From Eledone cirrhosa (Eukaryota), in contig OZ024744.1 of NCBI GenBank assembly GCA_964016885.1, forward strand, positions 84,878,001 to 84,942,000: DNA of 64,000 bases. The letters run 5' to 3'. The position numbers and the translations under genes are program-made. Below the pieces are notes generated by a model. It did not search any database and was not told the DNA's origin. It saw only the letters and a program-made list of their open reading frames with translations. Shown here piece after piece: positions 40,254 through 54,805 of this stretch (its first letter is position 1; each line of letters begins with the position of its first letter).

Positions 40254-40447
40254 ATATATATATATGTGTGTGTGTGTGTTTATATATATTTATTAAAATA
40301 ACAGATTATATATATATATGTATGTGTATATATATATATATATAATATATATATATATATGTGTATATATGTATGTATATATACGTATATGTGTGTGTGT
40401 ATATATATGTGTATATATATATGTGTATATATATATATATATATATG

Positions 40448-40488
<41 letters not shown>

Positions 40489-40538
40489 AACGTATATATA
40501 TATGTAAAAATATATATATATATATATATGTGTGTGTA

Positions 40539-40584
<46 letters not shown>

Positions 40585-40820
40585 GTGTGTGTATATATGT
40601 ATATATGTATATATATATATATATATATAATATATATATGTGTGTGTGTGTGTATATATGTATATATGTATATATAGGTAGAGAGAAGAAGAGAGTGAAA
40701 GAGAGAGAGAGAGGGGGGAGAGAGATGGGAGAAGAGAGAGTGAGTAAGAAAGACAGAGCCGTAAATGACATTTATTTCTACTTTCTGAACCACAATATAA
40801 GATAAGAGATAGATAGACAT

Positions 40821-40884
<64 letters not shown>

Positions 40885-40892
40885 AGAGAGAG

Positions 40893-40967
<75 letters not shown>

Positions 40968-40970
40968 AAG

Positions 40971-41040
<70 letters not shown>

Positions 41041-41122
41041 AGACAGAGAGAGACAAATATAGATAGATAGATAGATAGATAGAGAGAGAGGCGGGGGGAG
41101 AGAGGCAGAGAAAGGGAGACAA

Positions 41123-41199
<77 letters not shown>

Positions 41200-41222
41200 G
41201 AGAGAAAGAGAGACAAATATAG

Positions 41223-41277
<55 letters not shown>

Positions 41278-41554
41278 GATAGCTAGAGAGAGAGAGAAAG
41301 GGAGAAAGAGAGACAATGAGATAGAGAGAGGCAAAGAGATAGAGAGAGACAAAGAAATAGAGAGTGATAGAGATATACAGACAATACAAGGTGTACAGTA
41401 GTACATGGACAGGTGTTATTTTTAGGTAAATTAATTACTTGCTGTTTTTCTATTTTTATCACACACCTTTTGTTTATAGAGATAACAAACAACAAAACAA
41501 AAACAACAACAACAACAACAAATATAAAAACAATACAAATAAATTAGTAAACGT

Positions 41555-41586
<32 letters not shown>

Positions 41587-41645
41587 CACACACATTCATA
41601 TCTATATATGTATATATATGTATGTGTATATATGTTAAATGTTTA

Positions 41646-41814
41646 ACCCCGACGGCAGAGCTCAAGCCGTTTCGACGGGTATTTCTGGATAGAAATAGCC
41701 GTCGAAACGGCTTGAGCTCTGCCGTCGGGGATATACATTTTCCTATTACCCACTCTACTACCCTAAGTATTGAGTACTCTGGTGCGTTATTGTCCATCTG
41801 GTTCCTTACCACAC
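41646..41814 (+). mobile_element. GTCC-family mini-element hairpin, copy 1
   Basis: Inverted arms of ~40 bp plus tail cctattacccactctactaccctaagtattgagtact..ggttccttaccac. Confidence 0.85.
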
Positions 41815-41822
41815 TATATATA

Positions 41823-41877
<55 letters not shown>

Positions 41878-41878
41878 A

Positions 41879-41956
<78 letters not shown>

Positions 41957-41962
41957 TATATA

Positions 41963-42030
<68 letters not shown>

Positions 42031-42333
42031 TGTGTGAGTATATAAATAGATAAATAGATAAGTGATGTGTTACATAACTAAATGTACACTCGACATCTCG
42101 CAACCACTACCATCTTCACCATCATTACCACCGACACCACCATCACCATCACCACATACCCAGACGACCATCACTTCCACCACCACCACCACCACCACCA
42201 CTACAGACCAACACCATCACCATCGCCGCCTCCGCCACCTCCACCGTTGCTTGTTGGTTATTTTATATCTAGCTGCCGATATCTCCCACTTGAGGTATTT
42301 TTTTCACTCTCTTTCTCATACATTCACCCCCTT

Positions 42334-42385
<52 letters not shown>

Positions 42386-42922
42386 ATTTACTGTCTCACT
42401 CCACTCTCTCTCTCTCCCTCTCACATACTCTCTCACTCCACTCTCTCTCTCTCACTGTCTCACTCACCTCCCTCTCTCTCTCTTTCACTCTCACACTTAC
42501 CGTCTAGCCCCACATCTCTTACAGTCTGACTCCACTCTCTCTCCCACTCACTATCTCTTACTCACTCTCTCACTCACTCTCTCTCCCACACACATTACTC
42601 CCTCCTTCGTACCCATTCACTCGCTCACACAACTCTCTCATTCCCAGAGTCTCTCACTTACTGCACCCTCCCTCACTCGCTACCACTGACTGCCACCCCC
42701 CACCCCCGACACACACACACACACTCCTACCCTCCCACACTCCTCCCTCCTCCTCAGTCACTCACTCACTCTCCCTCGCTCTCTCTCCCATCATCCCTCC
42801 ATCTCTCACACTTATACTTATACATATTCTGATATATCATTTCTGATTTTTGCGTTTTCGCTTCGCTTTTCCTGCCCGCCGAAAATGCGATTCTCGCTGA
42901 ATCTTTATTTTATATATATATA

Positions 42923-42984
<62 letters not shown>

Positions 42985-42986
<2 letters not shown>

Positions 42987-45201
42987 GGGAAATTTGAACA
43001 GGGACAAAACAGAGAGGCAGTACAATAAATGTTTATTAATTTCACGCTCAGGAGAGTGGGGGTTAGGTGGGGGACGACGTTTCGGGCATAAGCCCTTCCT
43101 CAGGTGAGAAGTGTGTGGGAACAGAGTTCAAAAGGTGTGTAGGGGAGTGGTGGAGAGACATATAGCGAAAGGAAACGGTGCGAATGAAAAAAAAACAAAT
43201 AAAGATAAAAAATAAAAATAAAGCATGATCAAAATACAAGGAATGAAGGCATGATCAAAATAAACTGAAATTAAAAGGGGGTAAACAGGTGGTCGAAGGG
43301 TGTGGGGTGAGTAGGGGTGGTGGCGGGTGGAGTGGGGAGAGGGAGACGGGGTGTCCGAGCGGGGAGGGCTGAAGGTGGTGTGTGTGTGTGTGTGCGTGTG
43401 TGTGTGTGTGTGTATGTGTGTATGTGAAAGTAAGGGTTGGGGGAAGAACGGGGTTGCATGTTCAGGAAGAGGTGTGTGTGGGGGGTGTTTTTGTGGGTCG
43501 GAGTGTCTGTGCGTGTGTGGATAGGGGGTGGGGGGAGAGGAGTCAGGAGGCTGAGGGTGTAAATATGTGGTGGGAAGCACGTGTGTGTGGGGTTTAAGCG
43601 TGTTGTGGGTGTGGGTGGCGTGTGGAGAAAAAAATTTTTTTGGGGTGTGTGTGGGTGAGATATATAGGTGATTACGTAAGAGGATGGTTGAAAAGTTGGT
43701 AAGTTCCAAGGATGTTTAGTGGATTGGTTGTAAGTCAAATTCTGCGTGTGGGAGCGGTGGTCGGAAGAAGAGAGATGTGGGGTGCGCGCGCAACAGGAAG
43801 TGGTCAGCAGTGGGAGTGCTGTGGTCTGTTAGTGCTGGGAGGTGGTCAGAGGGCATAGCAGCAGTCGGTGGAATGGTAAGGGGGCGAGGATGGGTAGGTG
43901 TGAAAGTTGGAGTGAGGAGGGTGTGTGTGTGTGTGTGTGTATTAGTAGGGGTGTTAGTGGGATGAGTGAGTGTGGAGCGAGGGTGTGGGTGGAGCGGGGA
44001 GAGAAGGGTGTGTGTGGTTCTATGGAGGGAGTGTGGTGTAGTGGTGTGTGTGTAGTTTGATGAAGAGGTGTTAGTGGGTGTTAGTATACGGGAGGTGGGG
44101 AGGGTTTGAATGCAGGTGTGAGTGGGGGTTAGTGGTGGTAGGGTGTGTAGAGTTGGTGGTGTACGATGGTGTGTGGGTACGTGTGCGTGGGGTTGGGGGG
44201 TGTTAGTGATGTTAGTTGCGTGTGGGGTGGGTGGTGTAAGTGGGTGCGTGTGTTCGTGGGCTTGGGGTTAGGGGGTGTTAGTGAGGTTAGTTGCGGGGTG
44301 GTGGGATGGAGGTGTGGGGGTGAGAGGTGTGGGGGTGAGGGTTAGTGGTGGTAGTAGGGTGTGTGTTTAGTGTGAGCGCGTGTATATATGTGCCGGTGGG
44401 TGTGTGCGTGTGATAAGGAGGGGGGAGGAGGAGAAGAGGGGAGGGAAGGGATGTTAGTATGTTAGTTGGGGAAGGGTGGTCAGATGAGGGGTGGAGTGGA
44501 GGTGTTAGTATTGTTAGTGTGGGGTGGACGGTGAAAAGGAGGGGTGTGTTAGTGGTGTTAGTGGGGGATAAGTGTGGGAGGAGGGGGTGGTCGAACGCTA
44601 AAGGAATAAGGGTGGGGAGTTCAGGCCGGGGGGAGTGTGGGTCTGTAAGATGAAGATAGTGCGTTGTTCGACCGTAAGGCGATGGGCGGGTGTTCCGTGG
44701 CACTGGAGTAGGCCACAGACTATGAGATGGCGTGCGGAGTGTCCAGGGCCACCAAAGTGGCGGGCGATGGGGGAACTGCCCCCGAGACGAATATCCCGGA
44801 GGTGCTCCGTGACTCGGTCCGCCAGGCGACGTCCCGTCTGTCCGACATAAGTCCGACATAAGTCCGTAGACTAGGTTGGAGGAGGCATGCCGGAAGGAGG
44901 CATGCAGCGGAAGGCATGCCGGACCGAGATAGAGTGGCCGTTGGGACCCTGGAAGGTGGTGGTGTTGGTGATGTGGGGACAGGTGTTGCAGCGGGGCCTA
45001 GAACAGGGAAAGGAACCGGGGGGGGGGGGGGAAATAGAGCGTGGGTTGCGGGTAGGGAGCTGTGGACGAGGAGGGTGCGGAGATTGCGTGCGCGTTTGAA
45101 GGAGGGGAGTGGTGGGGTTGGGAAGATGTGGGAGGTGGAGGGGTCGGACTGGAGGCGTCGGAAGAGGCAGCGGATGGTGCGGTGGAGGGGTTAGGTGGAG
45201 G

Positions 45202-45234
<33 letters not shown>

Positions 45235-45316
45235 CACCACCACCCCACTCTCAAGAACGTGAAACTAATAAACCTTTGTTCGTACTGCCTCTCTGTTTTG
45301 TTCCCGTTCAATTTTT

Positions 45317-45320
<4 letters not shown>
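42985..45320 (-). mobile_element. 5'-truncated Neptune-like PLE with long low-complexity 3' UTR and inverted end
   Basis: PGSFPCSRPRCNTCPHI..NLVY..TGRRLADRVTEHLRDI..IARHF..EQRTIFILQTHTPPGLN. 42985-43065 is inverted against 45240-45320. Confidence 0.85.
43073..43106 (-). ncRNA. Minimal hammerhead ribozyme
   Basis: AC-CTGAGGA-A-GGGC TTAT GCCC-GAAA-CG-TC^GT. Stem I is short. Confidence 0.7.
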
Positions 45321-45401
<81 letters not shown>

Positions 45402-45403
<2 letters not shown>

Positions 45404-45655
45404 ATAAAGATGAAATAAAAGATGGTTATAAGAGTTCCATATATTTTATTATACGTATTTCGAATACAAAATCATCCTGGGACAGATGTTGTGTTCTCTT
45501 CAGATAAAAAAATAAGGTACAATGTTATGAGGCATAATAGCTCTTGTTTATAAGAAAGTGCTAAGTCTACATATGACAGAAATATATGTGTTAATACTAT
45601 AGTAAGAAATAGATAGAAAATATTATATATACTCCAGTTCTACTTATCTGATATA
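45402..45655 (-). mobile_element. Second member of the 38180 family, with hammerhead (45441-45510)
   Basis: TTTTAT-CTGAAGA-GAAcACAA..TTGTaTTC-GAAA-TACGTA-TA^ATAAAA. An opposing tail fragment lies at 45620-45655. Confidence 0.8.
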
Positions 45656-45734
45656 TGCATAGTTTTATTATTCTACAATATTACACACCATCTATATATA
45701 CATACATGTATATATATATATACACACACATATA

Positions 45735-45901
<167 letters not shown>

Positions 45902-46054
45902 TATATATATATATACATATAAATATATGTGTGTATATATATATATATACACACACACACACATATATATATTATATATATATATATACATACACATATA
46001 TATATGTATGTATATATACATATATATATATATGTATGTATATATATGTATATA

Positions 46055-46121
<67 letters not shown>

Positions 46122-46122
46122 A

Positions 46123-46155
<33 letters not shown>

Positions 46156-46344
46156 AGAACGAGTAGGACCCCGACGGCTGAGCTCAAGCCGTTTCGACGG
46201 CTAATTCTGGACTGAATTAGCCGTCGAAACGGCTTGAGCTCAGCCGTCGGGGTCCTACTCGTTCCTATTACCCACTCTACTACCCTAAGTATTGAGTACT
46301 TTGGTGCGTTATGGTCCACCTGGTTCCTTACCACATTTCTTCCG

Positions 46345-46347
<3 letters not shown>
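46156..46347 (+). mobile_element. GTCC-family mini-element hairpin, copy 2
   Basis: Near-perfect arms of ~51 bp, loop tggact, plus tail. Confidence 0.9.
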
Positions 46348-46427
<80 letters not shown>

Positions 46428-46477
46428 GATACATATACGTATATATATATATATATATACAGTATATATATATATAT

Positions 46478-46596
46478 TATTTCACTGAATCAGGAAGTTG
46501 GCTGAGTGGCAAGTTTATATATTAAATTCTGACTCTGACGATAGTACATGGTAAGTTATGTGGTAGATAAGACTAACTCAGGTTCTTCAGGAAGTA
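46478..46596 (-). ncRNA. Hammerhead-like motif with long domain II, cut off after GAAA by (TA)n
   Basis: CTGAAGA-AC-CTGAGTTAG...CTGATTCAG-T-GAAA-TAA(TA)n. Confidence 0.5.
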
Positions 46597-46673
46597 ATAC
46601 CCACTTTATTGGGGGTAGTTTCGGGGGATTGCTTGAGTAGTTTTTTTTTTATTTTTCCCGTTTTCTGTATACA

Positions 46674-46739
<66 letters not shown>

Positions 46740-46742
46740 AAC

Positions 46743-46919
<177 letters not shown>

Positions 46920-46965
46920 GTATACATATATATATATATATAAATACATATATATATATATACGT

Positions 46966-47011
<46 letters not shown>

Positions 47012-47325
47012 TTATATACATGATGTGGTGGTGGGTATGAGGGCGCGCGAGCATGTAAGCGTATTTGGATGTGTACCGTTATGCGTGTGTGTATGAGTAT
47101 GTGTATAGGTATTTGTGTGTGTATGTACAAATATAATGTGAAGGAGATAAAAGAGTGGTGGAGGGGGGGGGGGGGGTAGGGTTTGAAGGGGAGCAGGCTA
47201 TACATGGTTATGATTCAGTATAATTAGATTTGTACCTATTCCGAATCTCATAATTATACACATGCATATATATATATATATATATAGTTGAACTATATAT
47301 ATATATATGTTATACATAGTTGAAC

Positions 47326-47377
<52 letters not shown>

Positions 47378-47380
47378 TAT

Positions 47381-47581
47381 CTAAGGCGGGTAAAATTCGC
47401 GAGATCCATGGACGAGTTCTCTCCAGCGGTCTCTGTCCCTCATTATCGCTGCCATATCCTGCATCTCCAACAGACCAGTGTCTGTCCTTAGGGCATCAAC
47501 ATATGTTAACCTTTGTCTTCCTCTTCCAGTGTGTCCATGCAGGGGCTCCCAAAGGAGCACTGAGTGCAATGTCAACTCTGG

Positions 47582-47582
<1 letters not shown>
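47381..47582 (-). mobile_element. 200-bp 3' end of the RTEX-like LINE
   Basis: Near-identical to 13262-13463, with TA flanks. Confidence 0.9.
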
Positions 47583-47650
<68 letters not shown>

Positions 47651-47839
47651 TGTGTGTGTGTGTGTGTGTGTTTGTGTGTTTGAGTATGTGTGACTGTATA
47701 TTATATACAAACATATTGCATGTATTTATTTAGATATTGCGAGGTATATATATATATATAAATATATATATAAATATATATAAATATATATAAATATATA
47801 TATATATAAAAATATATATATATATATATATAAATATAT

Positions 47840-48411
<572 letters not shown>

Positions 48412-48414
48412 TAG

Positions 48415-48695
48415 ATTTTGAGTTTATGTTGGTTGTATACCAACACCTCAGTATGCAGGCTGGAGCACTCGACGAAGTGCGCAGGTTGGTTTGGTTACTC
48501 CGGAGTAGTGTAAAATAAAGTTAAATAAAAGTCAAATGATTAAAATTTACCTTCGTTTATTACTGCTATATATATTTCAGTGACAGCCATCTTTGGCTGA
48601 AGAGGTCACAGCCAAAGATGGCTGTCACTGAAATATATATAGCAGTAATAAACGAAGCTAAATTTTAATCATTTGACTTTTATTTAACTTTATTT

Positions 48696-48699
<4 letters not shown>
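48415..48699. mobile_element. PLE-end hairpin with the hammerhead core at its apex
   Basis: 48511-48599 is inverted against 48609-48697. CTGAAGA(48597)-GGTcACAGCCA AAGA TGGCTGTcACT-GAAA-TATATA-TA^GCAGT. Confidence 0.8.
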
Positions 48700-48765
<66 letters not shown>

Positions 48766-48946
48766 GCTAAGGAAGTTATAAAGGAAAATAAGCTGTCAAC
48801 TTCTGTGCTTTATTTTTCCACAGTTCAATAACTAAGCACTTACTCTATTCTATGCTGAAAATAAACTTGTCAATTGTTTGACTGAAGAAGGATAGGAGTA
48901 ATGACTAGCTGCGACACTATCTCACATCTCATAATATCGAAATAAT

Positions 48947-49137
48947 TGTTTCTACTATTGGCACAAGGCCAGCAATTATCTCAGCGTATTACTGGTACTT
49001 TATTTTATCGACCTCGTAAGGATGAAAGGCAAAGTTAACCTCGCCGGGATTTGAACTCAGAATGGCAAGGCGCGTAACTCTATGCGTCAGAGCATGGCGT
49101 CCGACCCTCTACCGATACTGCCAATTCACCGCCCTAA
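48947..49137 (-). mobile_element. Full-length Nin-type SINE with 14-bp TSD
   Basis: aatatcgaaataat occurs on both sides. Confidence 0.85.
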
Positions 49138-49446
49138 AATATCGAAATAATAAAGCCCCATATGAGGTGACGCAAACCTCTTGAAATAGTAGTAAAAACC
49201 TCATCTTAAAACTACCCATTACCATGTTAGAATAATGATGGATACTATTGGAAAATGTTTTCTCTGTCCAATCTGAAGTTTGTCTGTCTTCTGTCATTTT
49301 CATTGACAAAAGAATGACCTTTATAAGAGAGCGTGCGGGGGGCGGGGGAGAAAGAGTATGTGAGAGAAGGGCATCATATGAGAGAGAAAGAGAGAGCATG
49401 CGAGAGAGAGAGAGATAGATTGATTGATTAACACATATATAAATAT

Positions 49447-49510
<64 letters not shown>

Positions 49511-49534
49511 TACAAGAGAAAAAGACCGGCAAAT

Positions 49535-49950
49535 CCAACCAGCCAACCAGCCGGCTAACCAACCAACCAACCAACCAGCCAACCAGCTAACCAGCCAACC
49601 AACCAGCCAACCAGCCGGCTAACCAACCAACCAACCAGCCAACCAGCTAACCAGCCAACCAACCAGCCAACCAGCCGGCTAACCAACCAACCAACCAGCC
49701 AGCCAACCAGATAACCAGCCAACCAACCAGGCAACCAGCCAGCTAACCAACCAACAACCAGCCAACCAGTCAACCAGCCAACCAACCAGGCAACCAACCA
49801 GCCAACCAGCCAACCAGCCAACCAACCAGCCAACCAGCCAGCTAACCAATCAACCAACCAACCAACCAGCCAACCAGCCAGCCAACCAGCCAACCAACCA
49901 GCTAACCAACCAACCAACCAGCCAACCAGCCAACCAGCCACCCAGCCAGC
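49535..49950. repeat. (AACC)/(AGCC) compound microsatellite with a higher-order 60-bp period
   Basis: The lines starting at 49561 and 49621 are identical. Confidence 0.95.
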
Positions 49951-50694
49951 AGAATACCCAGAGGTAGACCACGAGCCGAGCACGATGGCTGGATAACATC
50001 CATGAGTTCGGTTGGTCTCGCTTGGGAATTATCCAGCTGGATAATTTGGAGAAATGGTTGCTTCTGATGGGACCCACCGGAATGAGAGTTTGGGGATTGT
50101 TAGGAATAAATAAATGGGGGAAGAAGAATAAATACTTGGAGGGCTTTTGTAATTTAACTAAGCTTTCTCATTGTTGGTAGGATTATAGTTAATGGTGGTG
50201 GTGGTGGTGGTGGTGGTGGTGGTGGATGGCGGCGTTCCGACATGTGGATGAAATGAAACGAAGAAGAAGAAGAAGAAGAAGAAGAAGAGTAGGAGGAGAA
50301 GGGGGAGGAAGACGACGGTGATGATGATGAAGAAGAGGAGTGGGATGGGGGGCGAAGGAAGAGGAGGAGGAGGACGACGATGATAGTAATGAAGAAGAAG
50401 AAGAAGAAGAAGAAGAAGAAGAAGAAGAAGAAGAAGAAGAAGAAGAAGAAGAAGAAGGAGGAGGAGAGTAGGAGGAGGAGGAGAGTAGGAGGAGGAGGAA
50501 AGGGGAGGACGACGATGATGGTGCTGCTGATGATGATGACACTGAAATTGATGATGATATGATTATCAGTAAACATCTATACACACTATACACATAGATA
50601 AATGTGTTTTATTGTATAATTTATCTTGGCCTACCGCACGTCTTTTAAACATGATAAACTTCTTTTAATTAGCAAGTTTGATTTTTCCGTATAA

Positions 50695-50792
50695 CGTGAA
50701 ATTTGTGGAATTAGTGAAATTTATGAAATTTGTGAAATTAGTGAAATTTATGAAATTTGTGAAATTAGTGAAATTTTTGAAATTTGTGAAAT
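50695..50792. repeat. 9-bp (27-bp higher-order) tandem repeat tgaaattNN
   Basis: Read directly from the sequence. Confidence 0.9.
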
Positions 50793-50797
50793 ATTTA

Positions 50798-51505
50798 ATA
50801 GTTGTTTCTACTTTAGGCATAAGGCCAGCAATTACCCAGTACATTACTGGTACTTTATTTTATCGACCCCTGTAAGGATTGAAGGCAAAGTTAACCTCGG
50901 CGGGATTTGAACTCAGATCGTAAAGGGACGTAACTATGATGGAAAGTATGACGTAATATTTAATTGTTTCTACTTTAGGCACAAGGCCAGCAATTACCCA
51001 GTGCATTACTGGTACTTTATTTTATCGACCCCGTAAGGATGAAAGGCAAAGTCAACCTCGGCGGGATTTAATAGTGGTGAGTTGGCAGAATCGCTAGACC
51101 AGCAGATAAATTGATTCACAGTATTTAACTCCGGATCTTTACATTCTAAGTTCAAATCCTGCCGAGGTTAACTTTGCCATTCATCCATACATGGTCAATA
51201 AAATAAAGTACCAGTAATGCACTGGGGTGGGTTTAATCAATGTTCCCTTCCCGCAAAATTGTTGGCCTTGTGCCTAAATCAAAAGCAAATATTTAACGGT
51301 GGTGAGCTGGCAGAATCGATAGAACAGTGGATAAAATGCTTCGCAGTATTTAACTACGCGTCTTTGCATTCTGAGTTCAATCTCTGACGAAGTAAACGTT
51401 ATCTTGTGTTCTTTCATACCAGGTTCGACAATATAAAGTACCAGTCAAGTACTGGGGTTAATTTGATCGATATTCTCTCTTCCCTCCTCAAATTACTGGC
51501 CTTTA
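50798..51505. mobile_element. Cluster of four Nin-type SINEs (two minus, two plus)
   Basis: Repeated SINE core and tail motifs. Confidence 0.85.
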
Positions 51506-52341
51506 TTTAACAGTGACTAATTCTCGTAATGTCTCAAATTTGACCGTTGATCAGAAATTTGTGAAAATCATAAGGTTTCCATTTTGTAACGACGTAGGAA
51601 TTTCCTCTATAATGCAAATTATAACTAATAAAAAAACATATTTGAACTATTCCTGTGATGAAGTTAGTTTATAATAAATAGAAAAATAACAACGCTACAT
51701 GTTGTTCTGAAGTTTTGAATAAAAATTGAATAAAATAACAAAAAAGAAAGAAAAAGCAATGAAGCCGATCATCAGACAGGAAAAAAGGGGTGAGGGGCGT
51801 TTCCATTGGTAATTCTATTGTGGATACTGGTCGCAGATAATATCAACAATGGGTGAATTCGAAGCCAAACATCCTAGAACTGCATCACTTTAATTTATTA
51901 ACATAGCAAACAGCACAATACAATGAAGAAATATATTAGTTTTACGCTTGATATAGTAGGAAAAGAATATTACCGTTTTGGGCGCTAGTCCTTTATCAGA
52001 AAATAGAATGAGTAATTAAAGAAGAAATAGAAAGAATTCCTTCGAGAAAAAGCAGGTCTGTTTATTATACACAAACACACATGACGTATCGTTATGGTTG
52101 ATAATGCACTTTTTAGGTTACACATAGATGAGGTACAAAGATACCAGAAAATTTGCGACAAGATTAGAACGCATACGCAACAACATGCATGCACAAACGC
52201 AATCACCCCCCCCCCCCCACACACACACACACATACATACACACGCACATACGCATGCGCGCGCGCGCACACACACAGATTCGCATATACACAGATTCAC
52301 ATCAATACTTCTTATATACATTTATCATTTATTCGCTCGTT

Positions 52342-52940
52342 AGGGCGGTAAATTGGCAGAATCGGTAGAACGTCAGAAAACATGCTCTGTGGCATAGAGT
52401 TACTCTCTTTACGATCTGAGTACAAATCCTGTGGAGGATTAGCTTTGCCTTTCAACCTTATTGGGTCGATAAAATAAAGTACCAGTAATGTACTGAGGTC
52501 GATTTTCCCCTCTCCTCAAATTGTTGGACTTGTGGCGATAATATAAATCCTTTTTTATTCTTTGGTTAGGGCGGTGGATTGGCAGAATCGGTGGCGCGTC
52601 GGACAAAAGGGTTTGCGTCATTTAGTAATGGCCCTTTATATTCTGAGTTCAAATCCCGCCAACATCAACTTTACCTTTCATGCTTACAGGGTCGATAAAA
52701 TAAAGTACTAGTAATACACTAGGGTCAATTAACAGACTTTCCCGTGCCCCCAAAATTGCTAGCCTTGTGCCCAACGTAGAAACTATTATTTATTCTTTCG
52801 TTGTTGTTATGGATGTTTAATAATAATAATTGTTTCTACTTTTGGCACAAGGCCAGCAATTACCCAGTACATTACTGGTACTTTATTTTATCGACCCCGT
52901 AAGAATGAAAGGCAAAGTTAACCTCGGCGGAATTTGAACA
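52342..52940. mobile_element. Cluster of three Nin-type SINEs
   Basis: Heads agggcggt..attggcagaatcggt at 52342 and 52568. A minus-strand 3' half lies at 52826-52940. Confidence 0.85.
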
Positions 52941-52956
52941 GTGCAATAATACTAAT

Positions 52957-52997
<41 letters not shown>

Positions 52998-53049
52998 GCA
53001 CGCAAACAAATATAGAGATGTGTATACATATATGTAATATATATATATA

Positions 53050-53092
<43 letters not shown>

Positions 53093-53242
53093 GTATGTAT
53101 GTATATATATTTTATATATATAAAGGTATATACACATACATACTCACATACATACCCCTCCCCCTTCACACACACACACACAAATATATATATACATGCA
53201 TACATATACATACATTTATTAATAATAATAATAAAATAAAAT

Positions 53243-53279
<37 letters not shown>

Positions 53280-53465
53280 CAACATACGTGAAGGAAACGC
53301 ATAGTGAGTGTGAAAATAGCTGCAAAGATATGTCGGCAGGGATTACCGAATTTAGGCTAAGATGAGAGTAATAGAAGCAGCCGGAAAACTTATATAAACA
53401 CACACACTGGGGCAGGCACATATACGGGTACGTATGTGGGGATGTGTGAGTATATATATATATAT

Positions 53466-53509
<44 letters not shown>

Positions 53510-53515
53510 GTATGA

Positions 53516-53558
<43 letters not shown>

Positions 53559-53561
<3 letters not shown>

Positions 53562-53710
53562 CGAAGTAATTGTGGTAAGGAACCAGATGGAGCATAACGC
53601 ACCAGAGTACTCAATACTTAGGGTAGTAGAGTGGGTAATAGGAAAAAGTATGACCCCCGTCCAGAAATAGCTGTCGAAACGGCTTGAGCTCTGCCGTCGG
53701 CGTCATACTT

Positions 53711-53715
<5 letters not shown>
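53559..53715 (-). mobile_element. GTCC-family mini-element, copy 5 (one arm shortened)
   Basis: Tail plus gtatgacccc|cgtccagaaatagctgtcgaaacggcttgagctctgccgtc. Confidence 0.85.
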
Positions 53716-53758
<43 letters not shown>

Positions 53759-53759
53759 A

Positions 53760-53838
<79 letters not shown>

Positions 53839-53904
53839 GACAGATAAGTATTTCAGAAAACTGGTACAATACGGTAGAAATATATAAAGATCAAATGATG
53901 ACAA

Positions 53905-53976
53905 ATAATTGTTTCTACTTTTGGCACAAGGCCAGCAATTACCCAGTGTATTACTGGTACTTTATTACTGGTACTA
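53905..53976 (-). mobile_element. SINE 3' stub with 17-bp TSD
   Basis: aaatgatgacaaataat occurs on both sides. Confidence 0.75.
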
Positions 53977-54136
53977 AATGATGACAAATAATACAGAACA
54001 AAGTAATGTTTTTTACCTAATATATTTCAACAAAATATTTCAGGGTTATCACCCTCTTTTCAAATCTAAAAGGAAAAACGGTTCAGAAGAAAACGAAACG
54101 AACTGGTCTAAGTATGGCAACCATATGCATATATAC

Positions 54137-54275
<139 letters not shown>

Positions 54276-54370
54276 TAGCCCACTCTCAAGCGTGAACCTA
54301 ATACCAACACTGTTCGTACTGCACTCTTTGTTATTGTTTTTGTTTTTTGTTTTTTATACACATATATATA

Positions 54371-54511
54371 TAATGAAGGAAGTGTGGTAAGGAACCAGGT
54401 GGACCATAACACACCAGAGTACTCGATACTCAGGTTAGTAGAGTGGGTAATAGGAAAAGAGTCAGGACCCCGACGGCTGAGCTCCGGCCGATTCGACAGC
54501 TAGATCTGAAC
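54371..54511 (-). mobile_element. GTCC-family mini-element, copy 6 (monomer, diverged)
   Basis: A single arm ending at agatctgaac, equivalent to GTTCAG on the element strand. Confidence 0.8.
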
Positions 54512-54529
54512 ATATATATATGTATATAT

Positions 54530-54780
54530 GATCAATGAAAAAAAGAGTTAGTTGATTTGTGATCAACTGATTCTTATATATAACCGATGATAAGCACTCA
54601 ACGGTATAAATGTATAATTTTTTCAAGATATGCTGTTAGACAACGCTTGGTGGTCACCGATCTCACTACCAGCATATCATGAAAATATTATACATTTTCT
54701 ATGTATTTTATCTGAGGAGGACATCTACGAAATATATATACAATGAAATGAATAGAGATGATATAAAGTATATATCTTTC
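54530..54780. mobile_element. Decayed PLE-end inverted structure with hammerhead relic (54704-54750)
   Basis: IR aatgtataat..gatatgctg / cagcatatc..attatacatt. TATTTTAT-CTGAGGA..GAAA-TATATA. Tail motif agcactcaa at 54593. Confidence 0.5.
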
Positions 54781-54805
54781 GTTTATTATTATTATTATTA
54801 TTATT

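Noticed and set aside
49555-50593. GWL-repeat and poly-S/K/H ORFs
   Set aside because: Products of AACC, GAA and GGT simple repeats.
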